A DNA stretch of 64,000 nt from Marsupella aquatica (Eukaryota; Plantae; Marchantiophyta), in contig OZ316893.1 of the NCBI GenBank assembly GCA_973895155.1, forward strand, positions 10,731,660 to 10,795,659, written 5' to 3'. Below are positions 53,291 to 64,000 of the stretch, in pieces. The position numbers were made by a program, and so were the translations under genes. The first letter of the stretch is position 1. Every line of letters starts with the position of its first letter. A model generated the notes under the pieces. That model searched no databases, was not told where the DNA came from, and worked only from the letters and a program-made list of their open reading frames with translations.

Positions 53291-54208
53291 TGGGTTGCCT
53301 CTGTTTGTTTAGGGCCACGCATGAAAAAGGGGACCAGGCGGTATCTTCTATGCCATGGATATCATCGATTTCTTACTGACGGTTGAAATTCCAGGATTCA
53401 GATCAGAACATTTTGAGTTGTCCAGTATTTTCCAGGTTTGAAGTCTGGTACCTGTCTGTTGTCAGAACAACACTGTTAGTGCGAAAATCGGAAATGAAAT
53501 GATCTACACTGAACTTCTGTAGTGGAAGGATGAACAGCGCGACCAAAAGAAATCTCAATTTTACAGTTTGTAATGCACCCCATAGAAGTCAGTACGAGGT
53601 CCAGATGTGATTCACCGAATCACCGACTTGCCATTTTGAAAGTCGTTAATTAATGTCACAAATGCTAGTCCGCGAATTGACAATGCTAATAACTCAGTTT
53701 TGTGTCATCATGACCTTCAATTCCCTCTACCTTTGATGAATCATAATGTTACGTTAAATTTGTGCGAACCAATCATGAATGGTTCTCTATTCAGTTGGAT
53801 CGTTTGTGATCCTCGCGACCTGAAATCGTGGACGTCACAAGGACTCTGCTCACAGAAAGCAGTTGAACAAACTTAGTTAGACCATGAGTGTGCGCAGCAA
53901 GTTGCCCTCAAATCCAGCTGTGCGCAGGATCTCACTCAGCCCGTGAGCATTAAGTTCCCGATCATATATTCACGAACGCATTCTGAGAAATCACCTTCCT
54001 ATTAAATCATTCTTGGTTGTTGAGGCATTCCAAGCTTGGACCAAGTTGGCATGTGAACACTCCAGAGCTCTCGATCATGCCCCCTTTTCGTCTCTCCATT
54101 TAGAGATATCTATCGATCGGTATCTCTGTTCCATTGGCTTGCATGTTGTAGCTACTTATATCAAATCAAATTTCCAGATTGCTCAATTTCCTCGTACGAT
54201 CTAAAGTA

Positions 54209-57200
54209 ATGGCGATTAGTCGGCTCTTTTCGACCTGTGTGTTATCTGTCTTGATCTTCTCGGCTATACTTTCAACAGACCGTAGATGCTCCTCGGCTCA
54301 AGCTTGGGGACCGGATGGCCACCGCATCATTTGTAGCGTCGCCGAGGTGAGTATTTTAGTCTGTGCAAACAGATGATATAATGTATAACTGCGAATTGCT
54401 CATACATGAACTCGCAAACATGATCTGCAATGCTCACAAAGGCTCTGTTTATGTCATACGAATCTGGCAATTCGTCAAAATCATGCTACAACCGCAAGGA
54501 ATACGAAATGTAGCAAGATTGTGATTCCAACCATTGGTGATTTGACTTGGGGTTAATTGCAGCAACTGCTGAATCGGATAGCCCTATCAGCAGTGCAGGA
54601 ATTGCTTCCGGATGCAGCGGACGGGAATCTGTCGGAACTTTGCAGCTGGGCTGACGATATTCGCCAAACCAAAGAATATGAGTGGAGCGCCCCTCTTCAC
54701 TACATCGATACGCCCGACAAACGTTGCAATTATGACCCAATCAGTACGATTTCATTCGATTCCTGATTCCGAAGCGCTGTCACTCTCACTAGGATATTGC
54801 TTTAAGAGTTCAGTCAGTCATCATATACCAGGACCAGTTCACGTCAAATCTATATCCAGAGCCCCGTCCAGAGCTTAGCTTCCAAGTCTGCCTCCAAGTC
54901 AATACTTCACAATATATGCAGAGCTTTGGTAGGATTGATCGAATTTGATAGTAGACGTGACAGCCTACCCAGCTCATAGATCATGCTCTTCATTGGTAAT
55001 GAAGTAAGTTGTCCAGAGCCAGGCTGAAGTGCCAAGCTGTGCTCGAACTGGACTGAGTTCCTGAGATTGGATAGTGTGCGCTGTACGTTAATCATGTTAT
55101 CACGAGGACATTCACATCGGTGTTGTTGTTCAGGAGACTGCAAAGATGCTGATGGGACGCCTGACTTCTGCGCATCAGGAGCTATCTTCAATTACACGCA
55201 GCAGCTGAAGACCAGTATTGCCGAATGTAAGTTGAGCCTGAGAAAGTTTTTCAAATCTAAAATTTTTAGTACGTCTACGGCTGGTTTACGTGTCTATAGA
55301 GTAGCACCGTGCGTATTCTGTACCGTCACATCACGAAATGTACGGAATTCTTTTGATTAATAATCTACGCCTGAGAATGTTGCCAATCAAATTCCCCTTT
55401 ATATACATGTAGAGAGATTATAGATCATAGATTATAGATGTTCAAGCAAACTAACAACTTAGATTCGATAAAGTAGTATCGATCATCAGTGTGAGACGTC
55501 ATGCTTGTATGATTTGAGGTGTCTGTCTCTGTCTGAATCGAGGATGCTAATTGTTGTCTCCTAAACCAGCAGATAACCTGACCGAAGCGTTGCTTTTCCT
55601 TTCAAACATAGTAGGAGATATCCACCAGGTACAGCCCAGTGTGGCTTCACCCGTATGCGAAACGTTGCTTTCCTCTAATTTCGGCCGAAGTAGACTTCAG
55701 GGAGTACTTGCTAGCTAGTCTCAATCACAAGGTTCAATTATGGAGTCTTCAGTTTAGGATGCTATATCACCTCAACTACTCATGCTAGTACACTTTGTTG
55801 GAATTCTCTGCACCTCATTTTCCACAGCAGTCGTTCGGTCCAACACCAGAACAGAATCAAGCGTTTATACTTACTCAAGTTGACAAGATATCACTGGTTC
55901 TGGGTTAAAGGCCGGACGCGAGTTATAGTCTTGATGTTGGTCTACGTTCTGTGATTGATTGATTTGCAGCCACTAAATGTGGGATTTGAAGGCGACGGGA
56001 GAGGGATGTCTATTGACGTCTATTGGTACAACACCCAGACCAACTTACATCATGTGTGTACCTCCGGACCCTTTGAATTCAATTAGATTTTCGTTGATAC
56101 CTTAGAGAGCCTCGTGAATTTTCAACTTATTGGGTCCGACTCCATGGCATGAATTGATTGCGTGCACAAACGTAGTCAGAGTTTTATTCACTTCATTGAC
56201 AAATCTGCATTCTATCAAGGATTCCCGAAAATTTCTAACCTATGTTTGAAGCTGCCGATCTCGAGAAGAACAGTAACCAACATTGAGTCAGAGTAATTTA
56301 CCAGGTAGTTTACAAGTATCCATGTTAGACTATACCCGAACTCTCACGAACGCTATACAATATTTTCGTGTGTGCCAGGTTTGGGAGACGGATATTCTCG
56401 TCCGAGATATGGATCAGTTCTTTGCTGGAAACGTAGCAGCGTTGACGAAATCCATTTACAATAATATCACAGTAAGTATAATTCGTTACCAGAGCTTCTC
56501 TGTAAGCTACTAAGTCCTACCTGCAGCCTCACATAGGTTCTCCGTCACCTGTGAGTTGTATCAACCCCCGAATGTGCGATGGTCAGAGGTTTGTCAGGTG
56601 GATTGACGTAGAATCGTGGAACCGTCGTGGAAACGGCACTTAGATCACCTACAAATTCATCGACATTTTAGCGTAGCCATACTAAAATTCGAACGGCTTG
56701 GAAGGGGTCTCAAGACATTGGCATTATAGCTTTATATATATTATTTCGAGTCTCAACCGTGAGTCCGTCGAAGCATGTCAGCACAAGAACTTGAACTCCC
56801 GCTTGAACTATCTAGCTTGATGTTCTTAATTCAAGGTTTCTATTGAATGCACCTGAAGTTGTCAAGTTGTCGTGATTTTTCAATCCAAGGTTTCTATTGA
56901 ATGCACCTGAAGTTGTCAAGTTGTTGTGATTTTTCATTTTGACTCGATAATGGACGGGGTTACTACCATCCAATGCTCACTCGTAGACTGTTTGGAGCAC
57001 GGAAGCTACACACTGGAGTAAATGTGCAGGAGGCGAAACTGCCTGCCCCGACTTGTGAGTATATGAAGATCGTTCGCCTCATGGCTACACCCTACACCTT
57101 GTTTACACTTATTAGTTGAAGTTGTTGCCTGGAAAGTGTCGACGCAGTCTGAGGATGTGAGGGCTTCGGCCATCCGACGACAAACTTGCCAGCATCAAGT

Positions 57201-58116
57201 CAGGCATCAAGTTTCTCTCTTTTCTGTTATATAGTCGAGAGCACCCCCAGTCATTCTGCATTCTAGACAAATACGTAGCTGATGCAAAGTTCCCGCTCTG
57301 TCGTCGCTGGCTTGGCTCATCGACATGTACAAATTTGATGTCCACTTTTGCCAATATGATGATCACCTTGTATGTAGTCCTTGCATTGGAGATTATTGAT
57401 ATATCAAGGCTACAATCTAAATTGGCCAAGCTCGAACTGACTTTATCCAAGGGGCTGTCAGTCACTGTGACTCATCGTATCTTGGATGAACTTCTGGAGG
57501 TTACCCTTGGAAGAAAGATTGGACTTGACCAATGGTCCATTCTGTGCGAATGAGCTGCTGAGAGTATATTGTCTTCTCTTATGCACCGGCATGATCGAAT
57601 ATAAGTGTGTCGTTCTTCATTCAGTGTTCTTCCGTTTTCAATTTATGTCTTACATCATTTGTGGATTGATCTTTTATCCGTAGGTACGCGTCTGAGAGCA
57701 TAAAGGCAGCATGCTTATGGGTCTACCACGGCGCCAGCAGTGGGACAACTTTGAGTGGTAAGCTCTTGGCTGCTCCATGTTGAGTTCTTTACAGTTTCCT
57801 ATCGATCCTGAATTTATGGCCTTGAAAGATGCTACTGTCATGTTTATTTTTCTTGGAGACCCATGATTGACTGTCCGATTTCTTTTGCATGTTGAACGGT
57901 GAGCCGAGAGACCAAGTGACTAACATTCAAGGCATTAATTTTGTATTTCCTGTTGATCTATATATCCGGTTAACTAGAGTTGTGATTGCTCGCTTTGTTC
58001 AATATCCAGATGGCTACTTTCTTTCACGACTCCCGGTGCTACACAAGAGATTAGGACAGGCCGCAGTGCGCCTTGCCGGAATTCTCAATAATTTGTTTCC
58101 AGAAGAGGGATCGTAG
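54209..58116 (+). CDS. S1/P1 family endonuclease (ENDO/BFN1-like), 9 exons (54209-54346, 54563-54743, 55134-55226, 55573-55628, 55970-56053, 56379-56471, 56987-57054, 57684-57757, 58010-58116)
   Basis: Signal peptide then WGPDGH, LCSWADD, WSAPLHYIDTPD, CASGAIFNYTQQL, GDIHQPL, NLHHVW and RLGQAAVRLAGILN. Reading frame and splice phases are intact. Confidence 0.92.
56832..56936. repeat. ~54-bp tandem duplication in nuclease intron
   Basis: CAAGGTTTCTATTGAATGCACCTGAAGTTGTCAAGTTGT(C/T)GTGATTTTTCA x2. Confidence 0.9.
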
Positions 58117-59784
58117 CGCTCTAGCAATTTAAGTCAGCTCAGGTGGTGAAATATATAAGTTGTCGTCAGGGAAGGAACGACGAGTTAGAGACTCCCACTC
58201 CAATACTCACAGGAAATATTCAGACAGCTGACAATTTCTCTCCATTGTTCATTCTTGAGATTTGTGCTCAGAAGAATTTCCTTTGTCTCTAGGTAAGACA
58301 ACAGGACCAACGAGGAAAATAAGCTGTGCACCCGCAGTGGTTAATGTAGCAGCTACTTATTATCATGAAATCATTTCTGAGATGCATGTCTGAATAGTTG
58401 AAGGGTCACAAACCATGTTTTACTTAAGCTTTTTCATGCTTCGTTCAACTCCATTATACTTTGATATCTTAAACCTTGTAAACAATTGAAATCGTCCTTT
58501 ACAAAAGAAACAAGGACTGAATTACTGTACTCAAAAACTGAGGAACCGAACTAGTTTGAATCCATTAGTTAGCACACTTACTTTTCTGCCCGATGTAAGT
58601 CTATTGACGTTCCATCTGGGTAACTGTTGATACTTGGTTGGAGGGAACCTTGTGTCATGTGTCCCCTCTTCCAACTACCAGAACTTTGTGTTAAGTGTGG
58701 ACAAGTTTCTAGTATTTGAAAACGCCGTGTTGTAATACTTGTGGATGACTTGTAGAAAGAACCTCGACCGAGACATTGGTCGATCAGGCATTGTCGTAAT
58801 TGTACTATGGAAGTGAGCAGTTCATTACATCTACAGGATTCCGGCGATCAATGACTGCAGTATGTGGACGCTGATTCCAATTAAGGGAATTCCAAAGTTA
58901 GTCGGAGAGAATCGCTTCGTTTAAGAGAAAGGTTAACTTTTAGACAATGCCCTGACCACTTTAAGGACAAGAAAACTTTAATAGCTGAACAGTTCAACGT
59001 AGGAGCCTTTTAAGAAGGCAGTTGTTATTTTCTTTAAAAGGGTTTTATCCGTGCGATATGCCAGGATATGAGCAGCTTTCAGTCAGGACAGCACCGTCAC
59101 CAATTCCAATCCCGTTCCGTAAAATTGGTAGTGTCAAGTTCCTGAAACTACTACAGCAAATGGGCTGTCTCAATGCAACATTAAGTTATCTACACAGTCG
59201 TAATCAGAACCACTTTGTCAACCAAGTACAATGTACAGAAACATTCCAAGGTTGCCATGAAAAGGTTCAATGTCCTGACCCTGCAAGGAGGGTTTTGAGA
59301 GGTAACTAATAAAATTTCGAAGTAATCTGAATATCTAATGATCTGGGTAACTTGGTTTCACCTCTGTTCCTGCTTGTTTAATCAGTGCGAAGACAAATGT
59401 TTACAAAGCTAGTCTCCACGCCTACCACGTATATGTTTTGGACTCTGAGGGTGCATCTTGATAATCTGATACTAACAGGGATCAAATGTCAGAGGTCACC
59501 GTGTGTATTCCTCTACTTCCTCTTCTAAAGTACATTAGGGGCCATCATTTACAATCTCTGCCGACTAGTGTAGTAATTTTGGTGAATTCCCCATTTTCCT
59601 CACTGCTCTAGATGCCTTGCTCTGGTAAGGGAATTTTTCCTCGAATATACAACCATATTATGAACAACTGACTAGCCAGTATCACCCAAGACACTGACAG
59701 ATCATGTGCAGGTAGGATAATAACTCCTCAAGTAAACATGTGGACTTGGAGCTTCCCGATCGGTCTACTGGATGAAAAATTTCT

Positions 59785-62700
59785 TTATATTTTCTCCAGC
59801 ACAGACTCACCCTCCGCAATATCAGCAGATGCGACTTCAGGAACAGAGCTGGATGGCTGAGAAGTCTCGTCGAGAAGTGCTTTGCCTTCATTGGATGAGG
59901 CAGCATTTCTAGCAAATTCTTCCTCCAAAAGAAGAGTAAGAAGAGCTTCCCACATTTGGGCTGCACTGGGATCATTTGACTCCTTTCTTGACGGAGTATA
60001 GACCATCCACGCGTGGTCCAGCTTTTTATTTGGTCTGACCACCACAGACCCTGGAACTTCAGCATCTTTGCGAGCTACAAGCCCATCGCTTTTCTCCCCG
60101 TATCTTAGATCCAAATGCAGTGCACAAAGAGCCATTGCAGCGGCCAAAGGAATAACAACAGGCAGCTTTGCTCCTGCCGCAGCTTCCTCTGAAGCACCAG
60201 TCCCAGTGGAGGTTGTTCCAGGCAGCCACGGGAGCTCTGCATGCGCAATATGTGACATTGTAGATAAGACGCTTGCTGCTCTACTCGCCTCCGTGTGGAA
60301 AGAAAGAGTGAGTAAGTCAGTTGGCAGAGGGTACTTGGCAACAAACTCACGCCTCTTGTCATAAGTGAGGTCCTCAAGTGCTTGCATATCACCCTGCCAC
60401 ATAGACCGCGGCAAAACTGTCAGCAGTTTTCCTACGATGTTTGTATTCCAGGGATGAAAGTTTTCAACCCAAGAAGAAACCCACCAAGCAGCATGACAGG
60501 AACAGCTACAGAAAGCGCTCAATATGCATCTCAGAGCTCCTGTAAATCATACCCCAACTCCATATTTCGGAGACTCACAGAAACAACTCTTCTCCAGCAA
60601 TGGCTGCCAAAGTAAGTTACCATTTTATGACTCAAACTCATTGGTTATGTTTCTCTGCGTCAGACTTCATACCACTAGCAGCCTTCATTAAAAGCACGTA
60701 TAATATACAACACCATTATTTACCTTGAGGACTTTCGTGATGATAAGCTCTAAAATCTTTTTGGTCTCGAAGTCTGCAATCTGACCTTCGCGAAGTATGT
60801 CTGATGCAACCGGACTACCACCATATGGGCTTTGTGCAAAGACTAGACCAACTACCTTGTCCTTCAAATCGGGCCAGTATTTTGCACAAGCAGCTGCTGC
60901 ATCAACACCACCTTTACTGTGTCCAAGAAGTATAACTCGTTTACCTGTTTTCAAATACAACTCTTCAATGTACTCCTTCAGCTCTCGAGCATTTTTTTCA
61001 ACAGCTGCCTGTCAGATGACAAACGTCAGTTGCATGAGCATTGCCCCTGCCGCTATGTTTGACTAGCTAAAAGTGTCCCCTGTACAAATCCTATGAGTTT
61101 CTGGCTACCACACTGACACAAAGCCTTAATTGTCAACAACATAAAAACATATAAAATGAAAGGCATGTCTTTTAGAGCTCTTCTTGAGCAGAACAAACAG
61201 TTCAACGTCTTTCAGAAGATTTTAAGTGACTTTCATGAAAGAAGTAAAAAGCCTGGAGCTCGTGGTCGGAATAACGAACCTCACTGTGAATTTTAGCGAT
61301 GTAGCAGGGAAGCTTCAGTTTAGAAAAGTATGTCTTAGTGTCAACGAAATACATGGGGCCGTGATTACTGAAAAGCCCTGCATTTAAGAGAATTTAACCC
61401 AGAAATTAGCTCGAAAGTTGAGGATCTCCACTCCCGATGATCTTATAAGGCATATCGAGATTGAATGGAAAAATTCATGAGAGCGATGGTGTCCATGTCT
61501 CAAACATACCTGGAATCAAAAGATAAACAACAGAATCTGGGAGTGTATGCACACCATGGCTGTCATAAAGATACAACAAATCAGACCGAGTGACCATACT
61601 AACACTGGCATGAAAACAACATGAACCCGACTGAAAGATCCAGATTGCAACAATCCCTTCAAAACTGTGTTAGGACATTTCAAAGGTAAAACAGCCCACA
61701 AAAGCAAGTGCAGACTATGCACGCGTATAGTATCCACAGGTATCATTTGCAATCTTCGTTGGGTGCCCTAATTATAGTGTACACGATGTCTCCCTGATAG
61801 GTGTGCTAGAAAATGTCTTGATGCACTGGCGCCTTGTTTTACAAAACGTGAGATCATTTTGAAATCATTTTTTATTCACGATCAAAGAGGTCTCGTATAT
61901 ATTAGTCAAATCATACTACCAAGCCAAGGAATCACACCCTGCCCAGTGTCCACCGATGGGAGTGAAAGGAAGGACATCATCATGATCTGGGTCTGGTCAA
62001 TAGCCTTCATCAATTTGCATTTAGAATTTGAAAGGCTTCCGTTTGGGCTATCCATGAACTAAAGAAATTCAGCTCCTTTTAGGCTCGGTGACTTGATTTC
62101 GTCTAAGACGCAAATTTGAGTTGTTCACAATATATACAGCATTCAAGGACAAAGGAAGAAGTAAAAGAATGGAAACAAACCTGATTCGCCCAAGAATCTC
62201 CAGAAATCTCTCTGTTTTCTCAACCGCAGGGGGCAAACTAGTGTCCTTTTGGAGCCATCCAATGTCATCAGCCGATCCTCGTAATGTAGTTTGTACACGA
62301 GACACCAAGCTGAGAGAAAAATGATAAACAAAAAAAGGATTTGAGACGACATCCCAAAAATAACCATTCAAGAGGTAAAAAGCCACAAGACCTCAACCAG
62401 AATCCAGTCTCACGGGGCTTCCCGTCACAGTTCAGTAGGCCAAAAAAAGTCTGTCAAGTTTCTAATTTTCTAATAACGATTTTGGGCTTGATAGACTCTT
62501 GAAATCTCATATTAATCAAGGCTGAGCAAGGTCTATAGATGCAGAAAATTAACTTGAGGATGTGTATAAAATCCTGGAGTCTGTACACTCGTCACAGGAC
62601 CCTGCTGACTGTGAGCCCTGTCTACTTCGTTTCTATAAATTTGAGAAATCTTCAAAGATCTCACATTTGGCAGGACTTCTGCTGATTGCCCCTTCCACTA

Positions 62701-63384
62701 GGTTTGATGTTGTTGTTTCCAGTCCTAAGTGGCCACCAAAGACCCATGTCCAGACTTGGCATAACCCTAGGACTTAAATCTAGAGTGGATAACTGAATAT
62801 GGACTGACCACATACGTATCAAGAGCCTCCAATCTGGTATTCGACTTATGCAAAATTTGTAACAGAGGGGCAACTGCATTTTGACTCTGTTCTCTAGTAT
62901 TTTTCACAATTAGCCCCTGAGGAATAAATTAGGGACCTCTATCTAAGCTCAAGTGGCTAGAATCCGAGCAGATACTTCTCCTGCCAGTTATTAGTAGGCT
63001 TGACATTTACAATGCATCACAAAAACTTGCAAGGCAAGGCTACTCCATGCTTCCACAAATTACCAGGGAGGGCCGCAGACGGGTCACTGACCCTTGCCAA
63101 ACAGCAGGTGGTCCAGTCAAGAGAGTTTGTCCCATTCCCATCATTGCAGCACCTGTTGCGTTGAACAATGACACAGCACCTCCAAAATTTGTGAGTGCCA
63201 GTGGACTATCACTCGGTGATGCAGAATCCCGAAAAGGAGGAACAGTGACAACCATCTGCTGTTGCTCCAGGGTCCTGAAAGAACTCTGGTCAGATGATCT
63301 TGTGTCTCTGACAATAAGGGGAGTCAGCTCCACCTCAGAGGAACCGGTAGTCTCTGCCTCATCCACGTTTGCTTCACTTAGCAT
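59785..63384 (-). CDS. Alpha/beta-hydrolase (lipase/acyltransferase-like) (exons 63384-63092, 62309-62181, 61559-61510, 61377-61280, 61008-60724, 60393-59785)
   Basis: LIPGLFSNHGP oxyanion region, nucleophile elbow GHSKGG, QSPYGGSP, SDGLV and LDHAWMV. Splice phases are consistent. Confidence 0.9.
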
Positions 63385-64000
63385 TGATTCCTCTGCAGAA
63401 CATAATTCAGTGGTTAACTACACAAACACAAGAGGCAACACGAGCAATTCATCGAACAGGTACAAGTTAATATTGACCATTTTCCACATTCGATACTAAA
63501 TGCGCTCTACATGTGGAGACATTCATCTGTTTGGCCAAATCAAGAGCCCAGGGTCTCCGATAGCCTGAGCCTCCTGACTAACTACAGGCTGTCCATGCCG
63601 TGTCTGGTTCCCGTGAACTGAAGAAAAGAACCTTCGTTCCTTCGTCTATGTTCCTCCATTCAATATTCTTGGAATATTTTATCCTTACACCGTCGCTTTC
63701 CCGAAGAAATGTACACGTTTGTTTAGCAAATGGAAAGTCTGCTGTAGCCAAAGAGTTTACTTACCAACAAAGCCAGAGAAGTGTCGACTGAAAAGGGAAG
63801 CAGTCTCAGCGAATTTTAAGGAAACATCATTAAAAGTTGGCACGGCTGCTCCTAATTGTGGAAAGCACCAAGAAATCTGGCCCGATTCCATCAAGTCATC
63901 CTGCTCCCAGAAAACCCGTCCAAGTAAGCTCATGTGTGCAACAAGGACACAACGCTCAAGACGACTGGAGATCACGATAACTAGTATACAATGCTTGTCC

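Overview
Eukaryotic nuclear DNA from a land plant. Spliced GT-AG genes, plant-type snRNA signals and gene content suggest a bryophyte-like lineage (inference). Host genes: plastid adenylosuccinate synthetase (+), an LPR/CotA-type multicopper oxidase (+), U2 snRNA (-), site-1 protease SBT6.1 (-), a DUF569 protein (-), a 5'-incomplete Bet v 1/MLP-like gene (-), an S1/P1 nuclease (+) and a GHSKG alpha/beta-hydrolase (-). Mobile DNA: nested LTR/CACTA remnants (1-5.6 kb), an apparently intact two-gene PIF/Harbinger, Helitron-like pieces, a TIR element with an apparent 4-bp TSD, a Mutator-like foldback element whose empty site lies in the same window, and two structured tandem arrays. The most unusual observations are (1) a U2 gene with intact promoter, 3' box and helices but a non-canonical Sm site and loop IV, (2) an S1/P1 nuclease with three substituted Zn ligands, (3) an LPR-like oxidase apparently lacking the Fe-binding acidic triad, and (4) the conserved-core arrays. 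Exon coordinates were read by eye and no database searches were run.
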